Shown here one piece after another: positions 50,289-62,119 of a DNA stretch of 64,000 nt. Below the pieces are notes generated by a model. The model ran no database searches and had not been told where the DNA came from. It saw only the letters and a list, made by a program, of their open reading frames with translations. The DNA is taken from positions 64,001-128,000 of the forward strand of contig CAWHWQ010000002.1 of NCBI GenBank assembly GCA_963833095.1, given 5' to 3'. A program made the translations under genes and the position numbers. How positions within the stretch are numbered: position 1 is the stretch's first letter; every line of letters starts with the position of its first letter. The stretch is from Vulcanimicrobiota bacterium (lineage in GTDB: Bacteria; Vulcanimicrobiota; Vulcanimicrobiia; Vulcanimicrobiales; Vulcanimicrobiaceae).

Positions 50289-51767
50289 ATGAAGCGAATG
50301 GCCGCTCTTACCGTTGGCGTCGCCGCCCTCGCGCTTCTGTGCGCGCAGACGGCCCGTTCGGCCAACGACAACGCCCTTCCAATAATTCCTCAAGCAACCC
50401 CGGCGAGCGGCATTACGACGCTGACGCTGACCGCTCAGGAGAACGACGGGCATGCTGCCATGTCGTACCGCGGCGCATTTGTGCCGCCGACGATCCGCGT
50501 TGTTCCCGGCGGCGAGTTGCGCATTACCTATGTGAACGACCTACCGGTCCACACCACCGAGCAATGCGCGCTCGGAACGTGCATGGATACGACGAATCTC
50601 CATTTCCACGGCATGGAGGTGTCACCGCGGGCTCCTCAGGACGACGTTATTACGATGCTCGCCGCGCCGGGACAAACGTTGCATTACGACGTGCAGGTTC
50701 CAAGCGACGTACCGCCCGGACTCTACTGGTTTCACACACACCCGATGGCTGAGAGCGAGGAGCAAGATCTTGACGGAATGTCGGGTGCGATCGTCGTCGA
50801 GGGCATCGACCGCTACGTGCCGCAGGTTCGTAGCATGCCCGAACGTGTGCTCGTGCTGCGCACGACGCCGATTGCGCGGTACGGCCCGGCACCGCTCAAG
50901 CTGATGCGCTTGCTCGATGTCGGCAACGGCCTTGCGTGCCGTTCGGAGCTTCAACCGCCGACCGCCCTCTTTACCGTGAACGGCGCGTTTCGTCCGTCAA
51001 TTGCGATTGCACCGGAAGAGCGGCAGTTTTGGCGGATCGTCAACGCTTCGGCTGATACCTACACCGATCTGCGTGTCGACGGATCGTCGCTGCGCGTTGT
51101 CGCATTCGACGGAGAGCCGATCGCCTTACACGACCCGCAGCATCCGATGCGCACGTTCACGCACGTCGTGGTGCCGCCGGCCGGACGCATCGAAGCGATC
51201 GTGACCGGACCGCCCGCCGGAATTCATGCCACGCTGCGGACGCATTGCGTCAATTCGGGGCCGGACGGCGACCCGATGCGCGGTCAAGTGCTAGCAGACA
51301 TTGCATCCAACGACACCAGGCCACGGCCGCCGCCCGTGCCCACAGTCTCCGGCGCCCCAACGTACCGAGTCGTCGACGTTTCAAAGATCGAGCAAGCTCC
51401 GCCGAGTTTCGTCGCGACGTTTACGGAAGGCCATCATCGGTTTTACATCAACGGCCAGATGTATTCGGATGCTGCCCCGCCGATGGCAACCGTGAAAGTT
51501 GGCACGTACGTTCACTGGCGCATCGTCAACCGAACGCACGAGATTCATCCGTTTCACATTCATCAGGTCCATTTTTTGACGTACGCCGTCAACGGAAAAC
51601 CGGTCGCCGATCCGATTTGGGCCGATACGATGAACGTTCCACTCCAGCAAAGCATCGACGTCATTCTCGACGCGTCCTACGTGCATATCCGTGGCATGTC
51701 GGTGTTCCATTGCCACATCCTCAGTCACGAGGACAAGGGCATGATGGCCAAAGTGCTCTTTATCTGA
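50289..51767 (+). CDS. Secreted multicopper oxidase
   Basis: NLHFHG, WFHTHP, HPFHIH, HCHILSHEDKGMM. Confidence 0.95.
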   Translation: MKRMAALTVGVAALALLCAQTARSANDNALPIIPQATPASGITTLTLTAQENDGHAAMSYRGAFVPPTIRVVPGGELRITYVNDLPVHTTEQCALGTCMDTTNLHFHGMEVSPRAPQDDVITMLAAPGQTLHYDVQVPSDVPPGLYWFHTHPMAESEEQDLDGMSGAIVVEGIDRYVPQVRSMPERVLVLRTTPIARYGPAPLKLMRLLDVGNGLACRSELQPPTALFTVNGAFRPSIAIAPEERQFWRIVNASADTYTDLRVDGSSLRVVAFDGEPIALHDPQHPMRTFTHVVVPPAGRIEAIVTGPPAGIHATLRTHCVNSGPDGDPMRGQVLADIASNDTRPRPPPVPTVSGAPTYRVVDVSKIEQAPPSFVATFTEGHHRFYINGQMYSDAAPPMATVKVGTYVHWRIVNRTHEIHPFHIHQVHFLTYAVNGKPVADPIWADTMNVPLQQSIDVILDASYVHIRGMSVFHCHILSHEDKGMMAKVLFI

Positions 51768-51844
51768 CCCACATACAAGCGACCCGGCGTTAGAGTTCGA
51801 TGAATGTCCTAATGCAGGCACAGACATTTGTCGATCACTGAAGT

Positions 51845-52906
51845 GTGAAGGTCAGGCATCTGCTTAGCGCAAGCGCGCTTTTAGCGGCGGGCTTCTTTCT
51901 CGCGTGCGCACCGATTGCGCTCGACGCGCGCCGGGCTCCCGCGCTCAACGTCGGCACGACCATGATCGATGGCCGAGTCGTTCAGTTTGTGATCGCGCGA
52001 CTCGATCGAGTACAGGTTCACGCCGCGCTCGGAGGTTCCGAGGTCGGAGACACCGCTTGGCTCTCCGACATTGCAAGGCACCAAAACGCAATAGCCGCCA
52101 TTAATGGCGGCTATTTTGAAGCGTATGCCAAGCACGTGCCGCGCAAGAACCTGGATCAAACGACGGTGATCGACGGCTCGATGGTTTTCAAGGGCGACGT
52201 CGGCAGCGTGCTCTACTTCGATCGCGGTAATCACGCGACGATCGAGCGCATCCCGCTACGCATCGACGGTTCACTGGACGGCAACTCGACCTATCCAAAC
52301 AACTGGTACGCGTATTGGTTCAACCGTCTCCCGGGCCCGACGGGCGAGACCATCACCATTTTCACGCCGGCGTGGGGCCATTCAACGGGACTGGCCGGTG
52401 GCCCGCAGATCCAAGTCACTGGCGGCGTCGTCTCGCAGATCAACTACGGACCGACGCGCATTCCAAGCGACGGTTACGTCATCTACTTCCGCGGCGAGTA
52501 TCCGGTCGCATCGCGCTTCTGGGTGGGGCGGCGCGCATCGTATACCGTAACGGCCGAGGACGGTTCGGCGCCAGGCGTTGCGAATGCGTGGGAGGCAATC
52601 GGCGGCGGACCGCAATTGCTCGTCGAGGGCATGGAGTTCGCCGATCCGGCCGCTGAGGGATTCAAAGATCCAAAGGTGTTTCGTTCGGGTAAACGCGCGA
52701 TGGTCGGCGTAAGCGAGGATCAATCCGAGCTGATCTTTGCCGTCGCGAGCGGCTCGCTGGATCAATGCGCGCACATTATGAAGAAGCTCGGCGCTTACGA
52801 CGCGATGAACCTCGACGGCGGCGCATCAACCGGCTTGTGGGCGAACGGAAAGTATCTCGTCTCCCCCGGCCGCCGAATCAACAACGCGCTGCTACTGACG
52901 CGATAG
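51845..52906 (+). CDS. Phosphodiester glycosidase (NAGPA/DUF2233) family protein
   Basis: AAINGGYF, GGGPQL, AMNLDGGAST, INNAL. Confidence 0.9.
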   Translation: MKVRHLLSASALLAAGFFLACAPIALDARRAPALNVGTTMIDGRVVQFVIARLDRVQVHAALGGSEVGDTAWLSDIARHQNAIAAINGGYFEAYAKHVPRKNLDQTTVIDGSMVFKGDVGSVLYFDRGNHATIERIPLRIDGSLDGNSTYPNNWYAYWFNRLPGPTGETITIFTPAWGHSTGLAGGPQIQVTGGVVSQINYGPTRIPSDGYVIYFRGEYPVASRFWVGRRASYTVTAEDGSAPGVANAWEAIGGGPQLLVEGMEFADPAAEGFKDPKVFRSGKRAMVGVSEDQSELIFAVASGSLDQCAHIMKKLGAYDAMNLDGGASTGLWANGKYLVSPGRRINNALLLTR

Positions 52907-52908
52907 CA

Positions 52909-53430
52909 CTAGGGCGCGGCTACGGAATAGATCGCTAGCACTTCCTCGTCGTTTGCGTCGAACGTCGTGTTGCCGCCGCCGGCCCCGAAGCTCACCGTCG
53001 TGCCGTTCGCTGTTGCCGGTCCTTCCAGGGCCGGAAGCCATGAGATGCCGTTACTGCTTGCCGCGAAGTAGAACTAGCGATTCGTGGTGAGCACGCCCGC
53101 GGGCAGCGAGACCGTGAGCGACGGGAGCCCGCTAGCGTATTCGGTCGAGCTGAACGTCAGGCCGAATTAGACCACATCCTGAGTCGTGGGATTTGTCGAC
53201 GTGAACGGCAGGCCGATCGGCAAGAGCGACGTGTTCGTAGTGACCGTCGCAGACGAGAAGCAGCCCGACGCGGACGTGATCGTCCCCGATGCAGAAAAGC
53301 CCGCGAGCGCGGGAAAATTCATCGAATAGCTGGTGGGTGAGCAGCCTGCGCTGCCGAGTATCCCGCCGCCGCCGCTACCGCTGAGCGCGAAGAACGAGGC
53401 ACATAGCAAGAAGGCCGTGCGTTTAACCAT
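52909..53430 (-). pseudogene. Secreted/lipoprotein-like gene with two in-frame stops
   Basis: Frame continues past TAA (53167-53169) and TAG (53074-53076) to ..EVLAIYSVAAP; lipobox position reads LSGS. Confidence 0.7.
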
Positions 53431-53479
53431 GAGCCAATCGTACCATGCGAACGCTAGTCCGTTTGGCCCACCGCTCGAC

Positions 53480-54148
53480 CTATTGTAATAGGCCGCCAGA
53501 AAGAACGGTGAGGACCGCCTCCCGCGCGGTGGAGAGTTGGCTGCGCATCTCGGCTTCGGCCATATCCTCATTGCCGCTCGCGATCGCTTCGACGATTGCG
53601 ACGGCGTGTTCGTAGGATGCGTGCAGACGGTCTGGATACTGCATCGCGATGCGGCGCAGACGGCGCACGGGACCCGTGAGGGCTTCATACGAACGGCGTA
53701 GCACGCCGTTGCCCGCGGCCTCCATCAGCAATTCGTAAAAGCGATCGAGTTGCGCGGTATAGGCGCGCTCGTCATCCGCCTTAGCCGCGTCGCCGAGCGC
53801 ACCAAGGCGTTCGCGCAAACGCGCGATCGTTACCGGCGTCTGCCGCCGCGCCGCCAAACGCGCTGCCTGCGTCTCGAGCGCTTCGCGCGTTTCGTAGATG
53901 TCTTCGGCTTCGCGCGCATCGATAATACGCACGTAGACGCCCGTCCGAGCTACGGTGAGGACGAGCCCCTCGCGCTCGAGCTGCGCAAACGCTTCACGAA
54001 CCGGTGTGCGGCTGACGCCGAATCGGCTCGCGATCGCCTGCTCCGAGAGGCGACTTCCTGGAGCGAGTTCGCCGTCGACGATGGCCTCGCGCAAGACGGG
54101 GACGACTTTGCTGGCCGAGAGCGGCTGACCGCTTGGCATACCACTCAT
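53480..54148 (-). CDS. GntR/FCD-family regulator (start approximate)
   Basis: LAPGSRLSE, FGVSRTPVREA, EHAVAIVEAI. Confidence 0.92.
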   Translation of the reverse strand: MSGMPSGQPLSASKVVPVLREAIVDGELAPGSRLSEQAIASRFGVSRTPVREAFAQLEREGLVLTVARTGVYVRIIDAREAEDIYETREALETQAARLAARRQTPVTIARLRERLGALGDAAKADDERAYTAQLDRFYELLMEAAGNGVLRRSYEALTGPVRRLRRIAMQYPDRLHASYEHAVAIVEAIASGNEDMAEAEMRSQLSTAREAVLTVLSGGLLQ

Positions 54149-54189
54149 TTCTGGAGCAGGAAGTCGTGAATACATGCACCGTATTTTTC

Positions 54190-54207
54190 TTGTATACAAT
54201 GTCGACA
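54190..54207. promoter_or_regulatory. Tandem GntR-type operator palindromes
   Basis: TTGTATACAA (54190-54199) abutting TGTCGACA (54200-54207). Confidence 0.65.
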
Positions 54208-54954
54208 ACCTCGTCCGATTCTGCGCTGAAGCCCGATGGGCGCGTCCTGGTTGAACAACAGGACCGGGTCCTCACGCTCACGCTCGACCGCCCTGATCAC
54301 GGGAACGAAATCACGGCCGCGATGTTCGCAGCCATCGCCGGAACGCTGCAGGCGCAAGCCGAACAGCCGACCGCCACCGTGCTCGTGCTTCGCGCGAACG
54401 GTCCGGCGTTTTGCACCGGCCGCGAACGGGCTGCCAGCGATCTGGCCGGTCTGCGCGCCGAGGCGGCGCGACTCATCGCGGTCAAGCGCGCGCTACGCCG
54501 CTCGCCGCTCATCACGGTCGCACGCGTGCAAGGCGCGGCCAAAGGCTTTGGTCTTGGCCTCGCGATCCTTTGCGATTTCGCTCTCGTCGCTTCGGATGCG
54601 CCGCTCGCGTTCCCGGAGATGCGTGCGGGACTTCCGCCGGCCGCGATCATGGCCTACCTCGGCGAGTATGCGCTGCCGCGCCACGCGTTTCCACTCGTGC
54701 TTTTCGGTGACGATTTCACCCCGGAGTACGCATGCAACATCGGACTGATCAACGACGCCGTCACACCCGACCGACTCGACGCGGCCGTCGACATGCTCGT
54801 TGCGCGGCTACTTGCGCTCAAACCGGACTCGGCTCTGGCCTGCAAAGAGCTCTTCGCGACGATGGCGCAAGGCTCGTTCGATTCCAACTGCCGTTTGGCA
54901 GCAGATGCGCTCACGGTTGCAAGCGCGACCTTGATGCGCAAGCCTGCGCACTGA
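54199..54954 (+). CDS. Enoyl-CoA hydratase/isomerase (crotonase) family protein
   Basis: TLDRPDHGNEI, FCTGRE, GFGLGLAILCD, FPEMRAG. Confidence 0.88.
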   Translation: MSTTSSDSALKPDGRVLVEQQDRVLTLTLDRPDHGNEITAAMFAAIAGTLQAQAEQPTATVLVLRANGPAFCTGRERAASDLAGLRAEAARLIAVKRALRRSPLITVARVQGAAKGFGLGLAILCDFALVASDAPLAFPEMRAGLPPAAIMAYLGEYALPRHAFPLVLFGDDFTPEYACNIGLINDAVTPDRLDAAVDMLVARLLALKPDSALACKELFATMAQGSFDSNCRLAADALTVASATLMRKPAH

Positions 54955-54976
54955 CCCTCATCTTCGGGAGGTATCC

Positions 54977-56368
54977 ATGACCGCCACGTTCCCCGTAAAC
55001 GCCGGTGCACGACTCGACCGTCTGCCCGTCTCACCGCTTCACCGGCGCGTCTTCTGGCTCGTCGCAAGCGGCATGTTCTTCGATGGCTTCGACATCTATG
55101 TCGCGGCGTTTGTGCTCGGCGCGCTGCTCAAATCCGGCTTCTCCTCGCTCGGGCAAGCGGCGCTCTTCGTTTCGCTGACGTTCCTGGGTACGATGATCGG
55201 ATCGATCGTCACCGGCTTTCTCGGCGACAAGTACGGCCGGCGGTTTACCTATCAAGCAAATCTTTTGATCTTCGGTCTCGCGGCAATAGGCGCCGTTTTC
55301 GCGCCGTCCATGGGGATCTTGATTGCGTTGCGCTTCATCATGGGCATCGGCCTCGGCGCGGAAAACGTCGTCGGTTACGCGACGATGACCGAGTTCGCGC
55401 CGGCAAAGACGCGCGGCCGGTGGCTTGCGCTCACGTCGTTTTTCGTCGTCTCGGGCTTGCCGGCGACGGCACTCTTGGGCAGCTATATCGTGCCGCACTT
55501 TGGCTGGCGTTGGATGTTCTTGATCGGCGGCATCGGCGCGCTGATCGTGTGGTATTTGCGCAAACAACTCCCTGAGTCGCCGCGTTGGCTCGAGAGCGTC
55601 GGCCGAGATAAGGAAGCCGAAACGATCGTCGAAGAGTTCGAACGCTCCGCCGCGTCGACGGGCGCCACCGTAACGCCCGTGACCCTTGTGCCTAGCGCCA
55701 CACCCGCCGCGAAGTTCACATTCGGCTCGCTCTTCGAACCGGGGCTGCTGCCACGCACGATTACCGCGCTCGTCATTCTCTTCACGATCAACGCCTTGCT
55801 CTACGGGTTTATCACGTGGATACCGACCTTCTTCGTCAAGGAAGGCATGAGCATCGCGCACTCGTTCCAATTCGCTCTGCTCATGTCGTTCGGCGCGCCG
55901 ATTGGTGCTTTGATCGGCGCCTATACGGCGGATTCGTGGGGGCGCAAGCCGTCGATCATCATCGCGTCAGTTCTCTCGATTATCTTCAGCGCCATCTACC
56001 CGTTCGTGCACAGCGCAGTGCTGCTGCCGCTGGTCGGTTTTTTACTGACCGTGCCGGTATACGTGCTCGTTGCGCTGATCTTCGGCGTCTATGTGCCCGA
56101 ACTGTTCCCGACGGAAATTCGTCTGCGCGCGTCGGGAGCGACGAATATGGTCGGGCGTTCGGCAGCGGTCATCGTGCCGCCGCTTGTCGTCGTGCTCTTC
56201 ACACGCAGCGGCGTCGGTGGCGTGCTCGCGTTCATGATCGCGCTGCTCGTCATTCAAATCGCCGTCGTCGCGGTGTTCGGCATCGAGCCGAAGGCACGCG
56301 GCCTTGAAGAACTCGACGCCGTCCCTTCGGAAAGCGACGTGACCAAAGCACAAACCGCGGGAGTCTAA
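54977..56368 (+). CDS. MFS transporter (aromatic acid/sugar-porter-like)
   Basis: ARLDRLP, FFDGFD, GDKYGRR, LPESPRWL, ELFPTEIR. Confidence 0.92.
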   Translation: MTATFPVNAGARLDRLPVSPLHRRVFWLVASGMFFDGFDIYVAAFVLGALLKSGFSSLGQAALFVSLTFLGTMIGSIVTGFLGDKYGRRFTYQANLLIFGLAAIGAVFAPSMGILIALRFIMGIGLGAENVVGYATMTEFAPAKTRGRWLALTSFFVVSGLPATALLGSYIVPHFGWRWMFLIGGIGALIVWYLRKQLPESPRWLESVGRDKEAETIVEEFERSAASTGATVTPVTLVPSATPAAKFTFGSLFEPGLLPRTITALVILFTINALLYGFITWIPTFFVKEGMSIAHSFQFALLMSFGAPIGALIGAYTADSWGRKPSIIIASVLSIIFSAIYPFVHSAVLLPLVGFLLTVPVYVLVALIFGVYVPELFPTEIRLRASGATNMVGRSAAVIVPPLVVVLFTRSGVGGVLAFMIALLVIQIAVVAVFGIEPKARGLEELDAVPSESDVTKAQTAGV

Positions 56369-56372
56369 GACC

Positions 56373-57888
56373 ATGATCGGTCCACTGGTTGAACAGCAAC
56401 TGCACGCTCCACTCTTCATCGACGGTACCTGGTGCGACGCCGCCAATGGTGCCGTGTTGGAGGTGCGCAATCCGGCGACCGGCGGACTGCTCGGCACGCT
56501 TGCGGCCGCATCGCCCGACGACGTGGACCGCGCGGTGCGCGCGACCACGTCCGGCTTCGAGAGTGGCGTGTGGAGCCATGCAAGCAATATCGAGCGCGCG
56601 CGCGTCCTCAATCGCTTCGCCGATCTGTTCGAACGCGATCTCGAGACATTCTTTGCGCTCGAAACACGCAACAACGGCCGGCCGATTGTCGAGACACGCG
56701 CGCAGATCACGCGACTGCCCTACTTCTATCGCTACAACGCAGCCCTAGCCCTCACCCAGCGCAGCTCGGTGATTCCCGTTGAGGGTCCGTATCTGCAGTA
56801 CACGCAGCGCGTGCCGCTCGGCGTCGCCGCACTGATGTCGTCGTTCAACCACCCGCTGATGATCCTCACGAAGAGTCTTGCGCCTGCGCTTGCAACCGGA
56901 AACAGTGTCGTAATCAAACCATCGGAGCAAACGCCCTACACGACCGTTCGTCTGGTGGAATTGCTTTTGGAAGCCGGCTTGCCGCCGAGCGTAATCGCAC
57001 TAGTCAATGGCGCCGGAGTGACCGCCGGCGCAGCGCTCGCCGCGCATCCCGCGATCAAGAAAGTGGTCTTTACCGGCGGCACCGAGGTCGGACGTCAGAT
57101 CGGTGCTGCCGCTGGGAAGAATCTTGCGCTGGCGACGCTCGAACTCGGCGGCAAAGGCGCGGTGATCGTGTTCGACGACATGCCGATCGATCGGGCGGTC
57201 AACGGCGCTGCATTTGCCGCATTCATCGCCGCCGGACAAACCTGCGTCTGCGGCTCGCGCATTCTCGTCGCGCGATCGAAGTACGACGAATTTCTTGCGG
57301 CGTTCACGCAAAAGGTGCGCGGCATTCGGGTCGGTGACCCAACGCAGGCATCGACGCAGCTCGGCCCGGTCATCTCGGCGCGCTCGCGCGAGCGGATTCT
57401 CGCTATGCTCGAGCGCGCACAAAAGGCGGGTGCCGTCATTCGCACCGGCGGGGCGGTACCGGCGAACGTCGAATCCAGGTGGGTTCTTTCTCGAGCCGAC
57501 GATCGTAAGCGATGTTGACCCCAGCAGCGAGATCGCGCAGGACGAAGTCTTCGGCCCGGTCACGGTCGTTATGCCGTTCGACGATGAGCGCGACGCGCTG
57601 CGTATCGCCAACGACACCAAGTTTGGTCTGGCGGCATCGGTCTGGACGACGGACGTTGCGCGAGCCCATCGCGTGGCGTCAAGACTGCTCTTTGGGATGG
57701 TCTGGATCAACGATCATCATCGCCTCGATCCAGCCTCGCCGTGGGGCGGCTTCAAACAAAGCGGCATTGGGCGCGAAACGGGCATCGAATCGTTCGATCA
57801 ATTCACCGAGCCGCGCGCCATCACCGTAAACACGACGGGCGAAACACCAGACTGGTACGGCGAGCGTCCGCCCGAGCGCTTGAATTAA
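56373..57888 (+). CDS. Aldehyde dehydrogenase, one-base frameshift near 57470
   Basis: FTGGTEVG, LELGGK, GQTCVCG, then +1 frame FFLEPT, EVFGPV, GGFKQSGIGRE; span 1516 = 3n+1. Confidence 0.9.
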
Positions 57889-57890
57889 GC

Positions 57891-57921
57891 AAAGAAAAGG
57901 CCCCGCGTTCGCGGGGCCCTT
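57891..57921 (-). terminator. Rho-independent terminator (groEL side, possibly bidirectional)
   Basis: GGCCCCGC-GTTC-GCGGGGCC preceded by AAAGAAAA. Confidence 0.8.
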
Positions 57922-57998
57922 AGATGTCAGCGGATGGACGAGGGCGCTTAGCGCCCCGTCCGATTTAGCGGGCGAAGCTTGGCATTGACCGATAAAGT

Positions 57999-59675
<1,677 letters not shown>

Positions 59676-59691
59676 TTAGTTCAAATGCTCC

Positions 59692-60000
59692 TTAAGCTAC
59701 GCCGGCCGGAACTTTGTCGACAACAGCGAGAACGTCTTTTTCAGATACAATGAGGAATTCTTTGCCGTCGATCTTTACTTCGGAGCCGGAGTACTTCGAG
59801 TAGATCACTCGGTCGCCGACTTTAACGGCCATCGGAAGCGTCTTGCCATCGTCGGTCACGCGGCCGGTTCCGACCGCACGGACGATGCCCTCTTGCGGCT
59901 TTTCTTTAGCGGTGTCGGGCAAGAAGATGCCGCCGGTGCTCTTCTCGTTTTGCTCGACGTGCTCAATGACCACGCGATCGGCCAAAGGCTTGAGATTCAC
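59692..60000 (-). CDS. groS: Co-chaperonin GroES
   Basis: LKPLADRV, GGIFLPDTAKEKPQEG; GGAGG RBS before GTG. Confidence 0.98.
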   Translation of the reverse strand: MNLKPLADRVVIEHVEQNEKSTGGIFLPDTAKEKPQEGIVRAVGTGRVTDDGKTLPMAVKVGDRVIYSKYSGSEVKIDGKEFLIVSEKDVLAVVDKVPAGVA

Positions 60001-60032
60001 GGAAACCTCCAAAAACTGTGGGTTTTTACATT

Positions 60033-60096
60033 TTGGCACTCGCAGCAAAGGAGTGCCAGCCCCGAGATTTTAGCAGACGGGGTCGAGGAGTGCAAG
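60033..60096. promoter_or_regulatory. Two tandem CIRCE elements overlapping the groESL promoter
   Basis: TTGGCACTC-N9-GAGTGCCAG (60033-60059) and TTAGCAGAC-N9-GAGTGCAAG (60070-60096); minus strand TTGCAC-17-TAAAAT. Confidence 0.88.
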
Positions 60097-60127
60097 CGTC
60101 CTTTGACGCTTTACGAGGGGGGAATCT

Positions 60128-60424
60128 TTACGAAGTCAGGGCCGCGAAGGCGCCGGAGCCGCCAAAAAAGGCCAGCGCCAGCGAAAGGGCCGCGATGACG
60201 AGGAAGAGCCGGGTGCCGAAGCTGCGGATCGCCACGCCCACCAACGCCGCGCCCAGACAGAGCGCCGCGACCGAGGCGGTGAGGAGTCCAGGGGCTGCGG
60301 TGTGCTGCAGCTGCGACCAAAGGCCGAAGGCGATGCCTGTACCGGTGAGGATAGCAAGCAAGATGGTCGATCCACGAATCACGACTTCGGAGGCCACTTG
60401 CGTCGGACGTTCACCCAAGATCAT
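60128..60424 (-). CDS. Small membrane protein
   Basis: Three hydrophobic segments; TAGCAT-6nt-ATG start. Confidence 0.65.
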   Translation of the reverse strand: MILGERPTQVASEVVIRGSTILLAILTGTGIAFGLWSQLQHTAAPGLLTASVAALCLGAALVGVAIRSFGTRLFLVIAALSLALAFFGGSGAFAALTS

Positions 60425-60514
60425 AAGAGCATGCTACCCGGCCAATCTGAAAAAGCACTCGGGTTTCTCTGGGACCGCGAGAAATTTAATCTCTCGTCGA
60501 CGAATCGTGCGCCC

Positions 60515-60988
60515 ATGGCAACCAGCGTTCGCCTCAATTGGGGCCGTATTATCATGCAAGGCGTCAGCGCCGGCATCGCGGGCGGCATCGTTCTGGATCT
60601 GTACCTCTATCTCACCGCGATCGTGCCGGCGCACGGCAGCATCCTTGCGATGTGGCAGTGGGTCGCATCGGCCGCGATCGGCCCGGTTGCGCTAACCAAC
60701 CCGTCGTATGCGTGGCTCGGACTGCTCGTGCACGTCGTCGTTAGCATCGCGTGGGCCGGCGGCTATGCCTACTTCGCGCAGACGCAAGACTTTGTGAACA
60801 CGCGTTGGCTCATCTCGGGATTGATGTACGGACTGGTCGTCTACGTCTTTATGCAGATTCTGTTGCTCGGCGCGCACGCATTCGTGTGGCCGCCCACGCC
60901 GACCGCGTTCGTCAACCAGATACTCGCGCACATGCTGTTCTTCGGCGTCCCCGTCGCGTACGTCGTCGCGCGTATGGACAAGGCGTGA
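60515..60988 (+). CDS. Four-TM membrane protein
   Basis: WQWVASAAIG, GLLVHVVVS, AHMLFFGVP; GTGA overlap with alr. Confidence 0.75.
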   Translation: MATSVRLNWGRIIMQGVSAGIAGGIVLDLYLYLTAIVPAHGSILAMWQWVASAAIGPVALTNPSYAWLGLLVHVVVSIAWAGGYAYFAQTQDFVNTRWLISGLMYGLVVYVFMQILLLGAHAFVWPPTPTAFVNQILAHMLFFGVPVAYVVARMDKA

Positions 60989-62112
60989 TCGGAACGCTTC
61001 GCATCTCCACGCAGGCGTTGCGCCAAAACGCCGAAGCGCTGCGCAACCTCGTGGGCCCGCAGCACGCCGCGTTCGTCGTCAAAGGCAACGCCTACGGGCA
61101 TGGGATGGTTGAAACCGCGCTCGCCATCGAAGGGCTCGCCAACAAGCTTTGCGTGTACGCGATCGACGAGGCGCTCGAATTGCGCGACGGCGGGATTACC
61201 GCGCCCATTCTGATTCTTGGTCCGGTGCCGGCGAATCGGCTCGACGACGCGATGGCCGCGAACGCCGAGATTGCGCTCTGGGATACGAAGGATTTTGTGC
61301 GCGATCTCAGTGCCGCTGCGCTTGCCGCGCAGAAGCGCGCACGCGTGCACGTGAAGATCAACACGGGACTGAATCGCCTTGGTTTGCAACCCGGCGATCT
61401 CCCCGATGCGGTTGAAGCGTACGGGCGCGTCAACGCAATCGAAATCGCCGGCGTCTTTTCGCACCTCGCGGCGGCGGAAGAACTTGACTCGCCGTTTACC
61501 ATGCTGCAGCTCGAACGCTTCAACGAAGCCTACAATCATGCTGAACCGCTTTTTGCGGCGCGCGGATTTAGACCGATTCGCCACATTGCGGCGTCCGCCG
61601 CGGCGATGCTCTGGCCGCAAACGCGGCTGGACCTTTCGCGCTTCGGTATCGCGCTGTACGGCCTGTGGCCGTCGGCGCCGACGCGCGAGGCGATGAACGG
61701 CGGAAAGCTGCCGCTGCAACCCGCGCTCTCCTACGAGACCGAACTCGTCGTCGTGCGGAGCATCGATGCCGGCGAGCCCGTCGGCTACGGTATCACCTTT
61801 CACGCCCCGCGCCGGATGTCGATCGGCGTCGTGCCGCTCGGGTATGCCGACGGCATACCACGCGCGCTTTCGAATAAGGGGGCCGTCTTGATCGACGGTG
61901 CGCGCGCATCGATCATCGGGCGCATCGCGATGAACATGTTCTTTGTCGATCTTTCTCATGCCCCAAACGCGCATGCCGGTTCGAAAGTCACCCTGATCGG
62001 GCGCGACGGCACGGCAGAGATTACGGCCGACGATTGGGCCAAGTGGGCTGAAACGATCAACTACGAAATCGTCACGCGTCTGCCGGTCACGCTAACCCGC
62101 GAGTACACGTAA
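60985..62112 (+). CDS. alr: Alanine racemase
   Basis: VVKGNAYGHG, HVKINTGLNRLG, GYADG, TINYEIVT. Confidence 0.96.
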   Translation: MIGTLRISTQALRQNAEALRNLVGPQHAAFVVKGNAYGHGMVETALAIEGLANKLCVYAIDEALELRDGGITAPILILGPVPANRLDDAMAANAEIALWDTKDFVRDLSAAALAAQKRARVHVKINTGLNRLGLQPGDLPDAVEAYGRVNAIEIAGVFSHLAAAEELDSPFTMLQLERFNEAYNHAEPLFAARGFRPIRHIAASAAAMLWPQTRLDLSRFGIALYGLWPSAPTREAMNGGKLPLQPALSYETELVVVRSIDAGEPVGYGITFHAPRRMSIGVVPLGYADGIPRALSNKGAVLIDGARASIIGRIAMNMFFVDLSHAPNAHAGSKVTLIGRDGTAEITADDWAKWAETINYEIVTRLPVTLTREYT

Positions 62113-62119
62113 GAGGCGA

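Noticed and set aside
53074..53169. Alternative genetic code or stop read-through
   Set aside because: Two different stops occur in one gene, and TAA, TAG and TGA all end ordinary genes in the window
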